Source: Nemertoderma westbladi (taxonomy: Eukaryota; Animalia; Xenacoelomorpha). From it: a stretch of DNA of 32,992 nucleotides. The position numbers and the translations under genes are program-made. Below, in pieces: positions 1 through 15,000 of the stretch (position 1 is the first letter of the stretch; each line of letters starts with the position of its first letter). The stretch covers positions 1 to 32,992 of the forward strand of contig JAUCBJ010004544.1 in assembly GCA_032718475.1 (NCBI GenBank), given 5' to 3'. The notes beneath the pieces were generated by a model, which was not told where the DNA came from, did no database searches, and saw only the letters and a program-made list of their open reading frames with translations.

Positions 1-3000
1 ATACATCGTGTACCCTCACGGGATAGGAGAGTGAGTCTGAATTAATAATAATAATACATCGTGTACCCTCACGGGATAGGAGAGTGAGTCTGATTATTAA
101 TAATAATAATACATCGTGTACCCTCACGGGATAGGAGAGTGAGTCTGAGTAATAATAATAATAATACATCGTGTACCCTCACGGGATAGGAGAGTGAGTC
201 TGAATTAATAATAATACATCGTGTACCCTCACGGGATAGGAGAGTGAGTCTGAATTAATAATAATAATACATCGTGTACCCTCACGGGATAGGAGAGTGA
301 GTCTGAATAATAATAATAATAATACATCGTGTACCCTCACGGGATAGGAGAGTGAGTCTGAGTTAATAATAATAATACATCGTGTACCCTCACGGGATAG
401 GAGAGTGAGTCTGAGTTAATAATAATAATACATCGTGTACCCTCACGGGATAGGAGAGTGAGTCTGAATTAATAATAATAATACATCGTGTACCCTCACG
501 GGATAGGAGAGTGAGTCTGAATTAATAAATAATACATCGTGTACCCTCACGGGATAGGAGAGTGAGTCTGAGTTAATAATAATAATAATACATCGTGTAC
601 CCTCACGGGATAGGAGAGTGAGTCTGAATTAATAATAATAATACATCGTGTACCCTCACGGGATAGGAGAGTGAGTCTGAATTAATAATAATAATACATC
701 GTGTACCCTCACGGGATAGGAGAGTGAGTCTGAATTAATAATAATAATAATACATCGTGTACCCTCACGGGATAGGAGAGTGAGTCTGAATTAATAATAA
801 TAATACATCGTGTACCCTCACGGGATAGGAGAGTGAGTCTGAATTATAATAATAATAATACATCGTGTACCCTCACGGGATAGGAGAGTGAGTCTGAATT
901 AATAATAATAATAATACATCGTGTACCCTCACGGGATAGGAGAGTGAGTCTGAATTAATAATAATAATACATCGTGTACCCTCACGGGATAGGAGAGTGA
1001 GTCTGAATTAATAATAATAATAATACATCGTGTACCCTCACGGGATAGGAGAGTGAGTCTGAATTAATAATAATAATAATACATCGTGTACCCTCACGGG
1101 ATAGGAGAGTGAGTCTGAATTAATAATAATAATACATCGTGTACCCTCACGGGATAGGAGAGTGAGTCTGAATTAATAATAATAATACATCGTGTACCCT
1201 CACGGGATAGGAGAGTGAGTCTGAATTAATAATAATAATAATACATCGTGTACCCTCACGGGATAGGAGAGTGAGTCTGAATTAATAATAATAATAATAC
1301 ATCGTGTACCCTCACGGGATAGGAGAGTGAGTCTGAATTAATAATAATAATAATACATCGTGTACCCTCACGGGATAGGAGAGTGAGTCTGAATTAATAA
1401 TAATAATAATACATCGTGTACCCTCACGGGATAGGAGAGTGAGTCTGAATTAATAATAATAATAATACATCGTGTACCCTCACGGGATAGGAGAGTGAGT
1501 CTGAATTAATAATAATAATAATACATCGTGTACCCTCACGGGATAGGAGAGTGAGTCTGAATTAATAATAATAATAATACATCGTGTACCCTCACGGGAT
1601 AGGAGAGTGAGTCTGAATTAATAATAATAATACATCGTGTACCCTCACGGGATAGGAGAGTGAGTCTGAATTAATAATAATAATACATCGTGTACCCTCA
1701 CGGGATAGGAGAGTGAGTCTGAATTAATAATAATAATACATCGTGTACCCTCACGGGATAGGAGAGTGAGTCTGAATAATAATAATAATACATCGTGTAC
1801 CCTCACGGGATAGGAGAGTGAGTCTGAATTAATAATAATAATACATCGTGTACCCTCACGGGATAGGAGAGTGAGTCTGAATTAATAATAATAATAATAC
1901 ATCGTGTACCCTCACGGGATAGGAGAGTGAGTCTGAATTAATAATAATACATCGTGTACCCTCACGGGATAGGAGAGTGAGTCTGAATTAATAATAATAA
2001 TAATACATCGTGTACCCTCACGGGATAGGAGAGTGAGTCTGAATTAATAATAATAATACATCGTGTACCCTCACGGGATAGGAGAGTGAGTCTGAATTAA
2101 TAATAATAATAATACATCGTGTACCCTCACGGGATAGGAGAGTGAGTCTGAATTAATAATAATACATCGTGTACCCTCACGGGATAGGAGAGTGAGTCTG
2201 AATTAATAATAATAATAATACATCGTGTACCCTCACGGGATAGGAGAGTGAGTCTGAATAATAATAATAATACATCGTGTACCCTCACGGGATAGGAGAG
2301 TGAGTCTGAATTAATAATAATAATAATACATCGTGTACCCTCACGGGATAGGAGAGTGAGTCTGAATTAATAATAATAATAATACATCGTGTACCCTCAC
2401 GGGATAGGAGAGTGAGTCTGAATTAATAATAATAATAATACATCGTGTACCCTCACGGGATAGGAGAGTGAGTCTGAATTAATAATAATACATCGTGTAC
2501 CCTCACGGGATAGGAGAGTGAGTCTGAATTAATAATAATAATAATACATCGTGTACCCTCACGGGATAGGAGAGTGAGTCTGAATTAATAATAATAATAA
2601 TACATCGTGTACCCTCACGGGATAGGAGAGTGAGTCTGAATTAATAATAATAATACATCGTGTACCCTCACGGGATAGGAGAGTGAGTCTGAATTAATAA
2701 TAATAATAATACATCGTGTACCCTCACGGGATAGGAGAGTGAGTCTGAATTAATAATAATAATACATCGTGTACCCTCACGGGATAGGAGAGTGAGTCTG
2801 AATTAATAATAATAATAATACATCGTGTACCCTCACGGGATAGGAGAGTGAGTCTGAATTAATAATAATAATAATACATCGTGTACCCTCACGGGATAGG
2901 AGAGTGAGTCTGAATTAATAATAATAATAATACATCGTGTACCCTCACGGGATAGGAGAGTGAGTCTGAATTAATAATAATAATACATCGTGTACCCTCA

Positions 3001-6000
3001 CGGGATAGGAGAGTGAGTCTGAATTAATAATAATAATACATCGTGTACCCTCACGGGATAGGAGAGTGAGTCTGAATTAATAATAATACATCGTGTACCC
3101 TCACGGGATAGGAGAGTGAGTCTGAATTAATAATAATAATACATCGTGTACCCTCACGGGATAGGAGAGTGAGTCTGAATTAATAATAATAATACATCGT
3201 GTACCCTCACGGGATAGGAGAGTGAGTCTGAATTAATAATAATACATCGTGTACCCTCACGGGATAGGAGAGTGAGTCTGAATTAATAATAATAATAATA
3301 CATCGTGTACCCTCACGGGATAGGAGAGTGAGTCTGAATTAATAATAATAATAATACATCGTGTACCCTCACGGGATAGGAGAGTGAGTCTGAATTAATA
3401 ATAATACATCGTGTACCCTCACGGGATAGGAGAGTGAGTCTGAATTAATAATAATACATCGTGTACCCTCACGGGATAGGAGAGTGAGTCTGAATTAATA
3501 ATAATAATAATACATCGTGTACCCTCACGGGATAGGAGAGTGAGTCTGAATTAATAATAATAATAATACATCGTGTACCCTCACGGGATAGGAGAGTGAG
3601 TCTGAATTAATAATAATAATACATCGTGTACCCTCACGGGATAGGAGAGTGAGTCTGAATTAATAATAATAATAATACATCGTGTACCCTCACGGGATAG
3701 GAGAGTGAGTCTGAATTAATAATAATAATACATCGTGTACCCTCACGGGATAGGAGAGTGAGTCTGAATAATAATAATAATACATCGTGTACCCTCACGG
3801 GATAGGAGAGTGAGTCTGAATTAATAATAATAATAATACATCGTGTACCCTCACGGGATAGGAGAGTGAGTCTGAATTAATAATAATAATACATCGTGTA
3901 CCCTCACGGGATAGGAGAGTGAGTCTGAATTAATAATAATAATAATACATCGTGTACCCTCACGGGATAGGAGAGTGAGTCTGAATTAATAATAATAATA
4001 CATCGTGTACCCTCACGGGATAGGAGAGTGAGTCTGAATTAATAATAATAATAATACATCGTGTACCCTCACGGGATAGGAGAGTGAGTCTGAATTAATA
4101 ATAATAATAATACATCGTGTACCCTCACGGGATAGGAGAGTGAGTCTGAATTAATAATAATAATAATACATCGTGTACCCTCACGGGATAGGAGAGTGAG
4201 TCTGAATTAATAATAATAATAATACATCGTGTACCCTCACGGGATAGGAGAGTGAGTCTGAATTAATAATAATACATCGTGTACCCTCACGGGATAGGAG
4301 AGTGAGTCTGAATTAATAATAATACATCGTGTACCCTCACGGGATAGGAGAGTGAGTCTGAATTAATAATAATAATAATACATCGTGTACCCTCACGGGA
4401 TAGGAGAGTGAGTCTGAATTAATAATAATAATAATACATCGTGTACCCTCACGGGATAGGAGAGTGAGTCTGAATTAATAATAATAATAATACATCGTGT
4501 ACCCTCACGGGATAGGAGAGTGAGTCTGAATTAATAATAATACATCGTGTACCCTCACGGGATAGGAGAGTGAGTCTGAATTAATAATAATAATAATACA
4601 TCGTGTACCCTCACGGGATAGGAGAGTGAGTCTGATTATTAATAATAATACATCGTGTACCCTCACGGGATAGGAGAGTGAGTCTGAATTAATAATAATA
4701 ATAATACATCGTGTACCCTCACGGGATAGGAGAGTGAGTCTGAATTAATAATAATAATACATCGTGTACCCTCACGGGATAGGAGAGTGAGTCTGAATTA
4801 ATAATAATAATAATACATCGTGTACCCTCACGGGATAGGAGAGTGAGTCTGAATTAATAATAATAATACATCGTGTACCCTCACGGGATAGGAGAGTGAG
4901 TCTGAATTAATAATAATACATCGTGTACCCTCACGGGATAGGAGAGTGAGTCTGAATTAATAATAATAATAATACATCGTGTACCCTCACGGGATAGGAG
5001 AGTGAGTCTGAATTAATAATAATACATCGTGTACCCTCACGGGATAGGAGAGTGAGTCTGAATTAATAATAATACATCGTGTACCCTCACGGGATAGGAG
5101 AGTGAGTCTGAATTAATAATAATAATAATACATCGTGTACCCTCACGGGATAGGAGAGTGAGTCTGAATTAATAATAATAATACATCGTGTACCCTCACG
5201 GGATAGGAGAGTGAGTCTGAATTAATAATAATAATACATCGTGTACCCTCACGGGATAGGAGAGTGAGTCTGAATTAATAATAATAATAATACATCGTGT
5301 ACCCTCACGGGATAGGAGAGTGAGTCTGAATTAATAATAATAATAATACATCGTGTACCCTCACGGGATAGGAGAGTGAGTCTGAATTAATAATAATACA
5401 TCGTGTACCCTCACGGGATAGGAGAGTGAGTCTGAATTAATAATAATAATAATACATCGTGTACCCTCACGGGATAGGAGAGTGAGTCTGAATTAATAAT
5501 AATACATCGTGTACCCTCACGGGATAGGAGAGTGAGTCTGAATTAATAATAATAATACATCGTGTACCCTCACGGGATAGGAGAGTGAGTCTGAATTAAT
5601 AATAATAATACATCGTGTACCCTCACGGGATAGGAGAGTGAGTCTGAATTAATAATAATAATACATCGTGTACCCTCACGGGATAGGAGAGTGAGTCTGA
5701 ATTAATAATAATAATAATACATCGTGTACCCTCACGGGATAGGAGAGTGAGTCTGAATTAATAATAATACATCGTGTACCCTCACGGGATAGGAGAGTGA
5801 GTCTGAATTAATAATAATAATAATACATCGTGTACCCTCACGGGATAGGAGAGTGAGTCTGAATTAATAATAATAATACATCGTGTACCCTCACGGGATA
5901 GGAGAGTGAGTCTGAATTAATAATAATAATAATACATCGTGTACCCTCACGGGATAGGAGAGTGAGTCTGAATTAATAATAATACATCGTGTACCCTCAC

Positions 6001-9000
6001 GGGATAGGAGAGTGAGTCTGAATTAATAATAATAATAATACATCGTGTACCCTCACGGGATAGGAGAGTGAGTCTGAATTAATAATAATAATACATCGTG
6101 TACCCTCACGGGATAGGAGAGTGAGTCTGAATTAATAATAATAATAATACATCGTGTACCCTCACGGGATAGGAGAGTGAGTCTGAATTAATAATAATAA
6201 TACATCGTGTACCCTCACGGGATAGGAGAGTGAGTCTGAATTAATAATAATAATAATACATCGTGTACCCTCACGGGATAGGAGAGTGAGTCTGAATTAA
6301 TAATAATAATAATACATCGTGTACCCTCACGGGATAGGAGAGTGAGTCTGAATTAATAATAATAATACATCGTGTACCCTCACGGGATAGGAGAGTGAGT
6401 CTGAATTAATAATAATAATAATACATCGTGTACCCTCACGGGATAGGAGAGTGAGTCTGAATTAATAATAATACATCGTGTACCCTCACGGGATAGGAGA
6501 GTGAGTCTGAATTAATAATAATAATAATACATCGTGTACCCTCACGGGATAGGAGAGTGAGTCTGAATTAATAATAATAATAATACATCGTGTACCCTCA
6601 CGGGATAGGAGAGTGAGTCTGAATTAATAATAATAATAATACATCGTGTACCCTCACGGGATAGGAGAGTGAGTCTGAATTAATAATAATAATAATACAT
6701 CGTGTACCCTCACGGGATAGGAGAGTGAGTCTGAATTAATAATAATAATAATACATCGTGTACCCTCACGGGATAGGAGAGTGAGTCTGAATTAATAATA
6801 ATAATAATACATCGTGTACCCTCACGGGATAGGAGAGTGAGTCTGAATTAATAATAATACATCGTGTACCCTCACGGGATAGGAGAGTGAGTCTGAATTA
6901 ATAATAATAATAATACATCGTGTACCCTCACGGGATAGGAGAGTGAGTCTGAATTAATAATAATAATAATACATCGTGTACCCTCACGGGATAGGAGAGT
7001 GAGTCTGAATTAATAATAATAATAATACATCGTGTACCCTCACGGGATAGGAGAGTGAGTCTGAATTAATAATAATAATACATCGTGTACCCTCACGGGA
7101 TAGGAGAGTGAGTCTGAATTAATAATAATAATAATACATCGTGTACCCTCACGGGATAGGAGAGTGAGTCTGAATTAATAATAATACATCGTGTACCCTC
7201 ACGGGATAGGAGAGTGAGTCTGAATTAATAATAATAATAATACATCGTGTACCCTCACGGGATAGGAGAGTGAGTCTGAATTAATAATAATAATAATACA
7301 TCGTGTACCCTCACGGGATAGGAGAGTGAGTCTGAATTAATAATAATAATAATACATCGTGTACCCTCACGGGATAGGAGAGTGAGTCTGAATTAATAAT
7401 AATACATCGTGTACCCTCACGGGATAGGAGAGTGAGTCTGAATTAATAATAATAATAATACATCGTGTACCCTCACGGGATAGGAGAGTGAGTCTGAATT
7501 AATAATAATACATCGTGTACCCTCACGGGATAGGAGAGTGAGTCTGAATTAATAATAATAATAATACATCGTGTACCCTCACGGGATAGGAGAGTGAGTC
7601 TGAATTAATAATAATAATACATCGTGTACCCTCACGGGATAGGAGAGTGAGTCTGAATTAATAATAATAATAATACATCGTGTACCCTCACGGGATAGGA
7701 GAGTGAGTCTGAATTAATAATAATACATCGTGTACCCTCACGGGATAGGAGAGTGAGTCTGAATTAATAATAATAATAATACATCGTGTACCCTCACGGG
7801 ATAGGAGAGTGAGTCTGAATTAATAATAATAATACATCGTGTACCCTCACGGGATAGGAGAGTGAGTCTGAATTAATAATAATAATAATACATCGTGTAC
7901 CCTCACGGGATAGGAGAGTGAGTCTGAATTAATAATAATAATACATCGTGTACCCTCACGGGATAGGAGAGTGAGTCTGAATTAATAATAATACATCGTG
8001 TACCCTCACGGGATAGGAGAGTGAGTCTGAATTAATAATAATAATAATACATCGTGTACCCTCACGGGATAGGAGAGTGAGTCTGAATTAATAATAATAA
8101 TAATACATCGTGTACCCTCACGGGATAGGAGAGTGAGTCTGAATTAATAATAATAATAATACATCGTGTACCCTCACGGGATAGGAGAGTGAGTCTGAAT
8201 TAATAATAATAATACATCGTGTACCCTCACGGGATAGGAGAGTGAGTCTGAATTAATAATAATAATAATACATCGTGTACCCTCACGGGATAGGAGAGTG
8301 AGTCTGAATTAATAATAATACATCGTGTACCCTCACGGGATAGGAGAGTGAGTCTGAATTAATAATAATAATAATACATCGTGTACCCTCACGGGATAGG
8401 AGAGTGAGTCTGAGTTAATAATAATAATAATACATCGTGTACCCTCACGGGATAGGAGAGTGAGTCTGAATTAATAATAATACATCGTGTACCCTCACGG
8501 GATAGGAGAGTGAGTCTGAATTAATAATAATAATAATACATCGTGTACCCTCACGGGATAGGAGAGTGAGTCTGAATTAATAATAATAATAATACATCGT
8601 GTACCCTCACGGGATAGGAGAGTGAGTCTGAATTAATAATAATAATACATCGTGTACCCTCACGGGATAGGAGAGTGAGTCTGAATTAATAATAATAATA
8701 ATACATCGTGTACCCTCACGGGATAGGAGAGTGAGTCTGATTAATAATAATAATAATACATCGTGTACCCTCACGGGATAGGAGAGTGAGTCTGAGTTAA
8801 TAATAATACATCGTGTACCCTCACGGGATAGGAGAGTGAGTCTGAATTAATAATAATAATAATACATCGTGTACCCTCACGGGATAGGAGAGTGAGTCTG
8901 AATTAATAATAATAATAATACATCGTGTACCCTCACGGGATAGGAGAGTGAGTCTGAATTAATAATAATAATAATACATCGTGTACCCTCACGGGATAGG

Positions 9001-12000
9001 AGAGTGAGTCTGAATTAATAATAATAATACATCGTGTACCCTCACGGGATAGGAGAGTGAGTCTGAATAATAATAATAATACATCGTGTACCCTCACGGG
9101 ATAGGAGAGTGAGTCTGAATTAATAATAATAATAATACATCGTGTACCCTCACGGGATAGGAGAGTGAGTCTGAATTAATAATAATAATAATACATCGTG
9201 TACCCTCACGGGATAGGAGAGTGAGTCTGATTAATATAATAATAATACATCGTGTACCCTCACGGGATAGGAGAGTGAGTCTGAGTTAATAATAATAATA
9301 ATACATCGTGTACCCTCACGGGATAGGAGAGTGAGTCTGAATTAATAATAATACATCGTGTACCCTCACGGGATAGGAGAGTGAGTCTGAGTTAATAATA
9401 ATAATACATCGTGTACCCTCACGGGATAGGAGAGTGAGTCTGAATTAATAATAATACATCGTGTACCCTCACGGGATAGGAGAGTGAGTCTGAGTTAATA
9501 ATAATAATAATACATCGTGTACCCTCACGGGATAGGAGAGTGAGTCTGAATAATAATAATAATACATCGTGTACCCTCACGGGATAGGAGAGTGAGTCTG
9601 AGTTAATAATAATAATAATACATCGTGTACCCTCACGGGATAGGAGAGTGAGTCTGAATAATAATAATAATACATCGTGTACCCTCACGGGATAGGAGAG
9701 TGAGTCTGATTAATAATAATAATAATACATCGTGTACCCTCACGGGATAGGAGAGTGAGTCTGATTAATAATAATAATAATACATCGTGTACCCTCACGG
9801 GATAGGAGAGTGAGTCTGAGTTAATAATAATACATCGTGTACCCTCACGGGATAGGAGAGTGAGTCTGAGTTAATAATAATAATAATACATCGTGTACCC
9901 TCACGGGATAGGAGAGTGAGTCTGAATTAATAATAATACATCGTGTACCCTCACGGGATAGGAGAGTGAGTCTGAGTTAATAATAATAATACATCGTGTA
10001 CCCTCACGGGATAGGAGAGTGAGTCTGAATTAATAATAATACATCGTGTACCCTCACGGGATAGGAGAGTGAGTCTGAGTTAATAATAATAATACATCGT
10101 GTACCCTCACGGGATAGGAGAGTGAGTCTGAGTTAATAATAATACATCGTGTACCCTCACGGGATAGGAGAGTGAGTCTGAATTAATAATAATAATAATA
10201 CATCGTGTACCCTCACGGGATAGGAGAGTGAGTCTGATTAATAATAATAATACATCGTGTACCCTCACGGGATAGGAGAGTGAGTCTGATTAATAATAAT
10301 AATAATACATCGTGTACCCTCACGGGATAGGAGAGTGAGTCTGATTAATAATAATAATAATACATCGTGTACCCTCACGGGATAGGAGAGTGAGTCTGAT
10401 TAATAATAATAATAATACATCGTGTACCCTCACGGGATAGGAGAGTGAGTCTGAATTAATAATAATACATCGTGTACCCTCACGGGATAGGAGAGTGAGT
10501 CTGAATTAATAATAATAATAATACATCGTGTACCCTCACGGGATAGGAGAGTGAGTCTGAATTAATAATAATACATCGTGTACCCTCACGGGATAGGAGA
10601 GTGAGTCTGAATTAATAATAATAATAATACATCGTGTACCCTCACGGGATAGGAGAGTGAGTCTGAGTATAATAATAATAATACATCGTGTACCCTCACG
10701 GGATAGGAGAGTGAGTCTGAATTAATAATAATACATCGTGTACCCTCACGGGATAGGAGAGTGAGTCTGAGTTAATAATAATAATAATACATCGTGTACC
10801 CTCACGGGATAGGAGAGTGAGTCTGATTATATAATAATAATACATCGTGTACCCTCACGGGATAGGAGAGTGAGTCTGATTAATAATAATAATAATACAT
10901 CGTGTACCCTCACGGGATAGGAGAGTGAGTCTGAATTAATAATAATACATCGTGTACCCTCACGGGATAGGAGAGTGAGTCTGATTATATAATAATAATA
11001 CATCGTGTACCCTCACGGGATAGGAGAGTGAGTCTGAGTTAATAATAATACATCGTGTACCCTCACGGGATAGGAGAGTGAGTCTGAATTAATAATAATA
11101 ATAATACATCGTGTACCCTCACGGGATAGGAGAGTGAGTCTGATTAATAATAATAATAATACATCGTGTACCCTCACGGGATAGGAGAGTGAGTCTGATT
11201 AATAATAATAATAATACATCGTGTACCCTCACGGGATAGGAGAGTGAGTCTGAATAATAATAATAATACATCGTGTACCCTCACGGGATAGGAGAGTGAG
11301 TCTGAATTAATAATAATACATCGTGTACCCTCACGGGATAGGAGAGTGAGTCTGAATTAATAATAATAATAATACATCGTGTACCCTCACGGGATAGGAG
11401 AGTGAGTCTGAGTAATAATAATAATAATACATCGTGTACCCTCACGGGATAGGAGAGTGAGTCTGAATTAATAATAATAATAATACATCGTGTACCCTCA
11501 CGGGATAGGAGAGTGAGTCTGAGTTAATAATAATAATAATACATCGTGTACCCTCACGGGATAGGAGAGTGAGTCTGAGTTAATAATAATAATACATCGT
11601 GTACCCTCACGGGATAGGAGAGTGAGTCTGAGTTAATAATAATAATAATACATCGTGTACCCTCACGGGATAGGAGAGTGAGTCTGAATAATAATAATAA
11701 TACATCGTGTACCCTCACGGGATAGGAGAGTGAGTCTGAGTTAATAATAATAATAATACATCGTGTACCCTCACGGGATAGGAGAGTGAGTCTGAGTTAA
11801 TAATAATAATAATACATCGTGTACCCTCACGGGATAGGAGAGTGAGTCTGAATTAATAATAATACATCGTGTACCCTCACGGGATAGGAGAGTGAGTCTG
11901 GATTAATAATAATACATCGTGTACCCTCACGGGATAGGAGAGTGAGTCTGAGTTAATAATAATAATAATACATCGTGTACCCTCACGGGATAGGAGAGTG

Positions 12001-15000
12001 AGTCTGAATTAATAATAATACATCGTGTACCCTCACGGGATAGGAGAGTGAGTCTGGATTAATAATAATACATCGTGTACCCTCACGGGATAGGAGAGTG
12101 AGTCTGAATTAATAATAATACATCGTGTACCCTCACGGGATAGGAGAGTGAGTCTGAGTTAATAATAATAATAATACATCGTGTACCCTCACGGGATAGG
12201 AGAGTGAGTCTGATTAATAATAATACATCGTGTACCCTCACGGGATAGGAGAGTGAGTCTGAGTTAATAATAATAATAATAATACATCGTGTACCCTCAC
12301 GGGATAGGAGAGTGAGTCTGAGTTAATAATAATAATAATACATCGTGTACCCTCACGGGATAGGAGAGTGAGTCTGAATTAATAATAATAATACATCGTG
12401 TACCCTCACGGGATAGGAGAGTGAGTCTGAATTAATAATAATAATAATACATCGTGTACCCTCACGGGATAGGAGAGTGAGTCTGAGTTAATAATAATAA
12501 TAATACATCGTGTACCCTCACGGGATAGGAGAGTGAGTCTGAATTAATAATAATACATCGTGTACCCTCACGGGATAGGAGAGTGAGTCTGAATTAATAA
12601 TAATAATACATCGTGTACCCTCACGGGATAGGAGAGTGAGTCTGAGTTAATAATAATAATAATACATCGTGTACCCTCACGGGATAGGAGAGTGAGTCTG
12701 AGATTAATAATAATAATAATACATCGTGTACCCTCACGGGATAGGAGAGTGAGTCTGAGTTAATAATAATACATCGTGTACCCTCACGGGATAGGAGAGT
12801 GAGTCTGAGTTAATAATAATACATCGTGTACCCTCACGGGATAGGAGAGTGAGTCTGAGTTAATAATAATAATAATACATCGTGTACCCTCACGGGATAG
12901 GAGAGTGAGTCTGAATTAATAATAATACATCGTGTACCCTCACGGGATAGGAGAGTGAGTCTGAATTAATAATAATAATACATCGTGTACCCTCACGGGA
13001 TAGGAGAGTGAGTCTGAGTTAATAATAATACATCGTGTACCCTCACGGGATAGGAGAGTGAGTCTGAGTTAATAATAATAATAATACATCGTGTACCCTC
13101 ACGGGATAGGAGAGTGAGTCTGAATTAATAATAATACATCGTGTACCCTCACGGGATAGGAGAGTGAGTCTGAATTAATAATAATAATACATCGTGTACC
13201 CTCACGGGATAGGAGAGTGAGTCTGAGTTAATAATAATACATCGTGTACCCTCACGGGATAGGAGAGTGAGTCTGAGTTAATAATAATAATAATACATCG
13301 TGTACCCTCACGGGATAGGAGAGTGAGTCTGAATTAATAATAATACATCGTGTACCCTCACGGGATAGGAGAGTGAGTCTGAGTTAATAATAATAATAAT
13401 ACATCGTGTACCCTCACGGGATAGGAGAGTGAGTCTGAATTAATAATAATAATAATACATCGTGTACCCTCACGGGATAGGAGAGTGAGTCTGAGTTAAT
13501 AATAATAATAATACATCGTGTACCCTCACGGGATAGGAGAGTGAGTCTGAATTAATAATAATAATAATACATCGTGTACCCTCACGGGATAGGAGAGTGA
13601 GTCTGAGTTAATAATAATAATAATACATCGTGTACCCTCACGGGATAGGAGAGTGAGTCTGAATTAATAATAATAATAATACATCGTGTACCCTCACGGG
13701 ATAGGAGAGTGAGTCTGAATTAATAATAATACATCGTGTACCCTCACGGGATAGGAGAGTGAGTCTGAATTAATAATAATACATCGTGTACCCTCACGGG
13801 ATAGGAGAGTGAGTCTGAATTAATAATAATAATAATACATCGTGTACCCTCACGGGATAGGAGAGTGAGTCTGAGTTAATAATAATACATCGTGTACCCT
13901 CACGGGATAGGAGAGTGAGTCTGAATTAATAATAATAATAATACATCGTGTACCCTCACGGGATAGGAGAGTGAGTCTGGATTAATAATAATAAATACAT
14001 CGTGTACCCTCACGGGATAGGAGAGTGAGTCTGAGTTAATAATAATACATCGTGTACCCTCACGGGATAGGAGAGTGAGTCTGGATTAATAATAATAATA
14101 CATCGTGTACCCTCACGGGATAGGAGAGTGAGTCTGAGTTAATAATAATAATAATACATCGTGTACCCTCACGGGATAGGAGAGTGAGTCTGGATTAATA
14201 ATAATAATACATCGTGTACCCTCACGGGATAGGAGAGTGAGTCTGGATTAATAATAATACATCGTGTACCCTCACGGGATAGGAGAGTGAGTCTGAGTTA
14301 ATAATAATACATCGTGTACCCTCACGGGATAGGAGAGTGAGTCTGGATTAATAATAATAATACATCGTGTACCCTCACGGGATAGGAGAGTGAGTCTGGA
14401 TTAATAATAATAATACATCGTGTACCCTCACGGGATAGGAGAGTGAGTCTGGATTAATAATAATACATCGTGTACCCTCACGGGATAGGAGAGTGAGTCT
14501 GAATTAATAATAATACATCGTGTACCCTCACGGGATAGGAGAGTGAGTCTGAGTTAATAATAATACATCGTGTACCCTCACGGGATAGGAGAGTGAGTCT
14601 GAATTAATAATAATAATAATACATCGTGTACCCTCACGGGATAGGAGAGTGAGTCTGGATTAATAATAATAATACATCGTGTACCCTCACGGGATAGGAG
14701 AGTGAGTCTGGATTAATAATAATACATCGTGTACCCTCACGGGATAGGAGAGTGAGTCTGAATTAATAATAATAATACATCGTGTACCCTCACGGGATAG
14801 GAGAGTGAGTCTGAATTAATAATAATAATAATACATCGTGTACCCTCACGGGATAGGAGAGTGAGTCTGAATTAATAATAATAATAATACATCGTGTACC
14901 CTCACGGGATAGGAGAGTGAGTCTGAATTAATAATAATAATAATACATCGTGTACCCTCACGGGATAGGAGAGTGAGTCTGAATTAATAATAATAATAAT

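Noticed and set aside
3-15. Resemblance of ACATCGTGTACCC to the Candida telomere segment ACATCCGTACACC
   Set aside because: Only a loose similarity, and the adjacent gene looks like an animal-type LFG rather than a yeast BXI1.
3-55. Hammerhead ribozyme / retrozyme satellite, tRNA or spliced-leader repeat
   Set aside because: No CTGANGA plus GAAA core on either strand, no cloverleaf, and no match to leader sequences I know.
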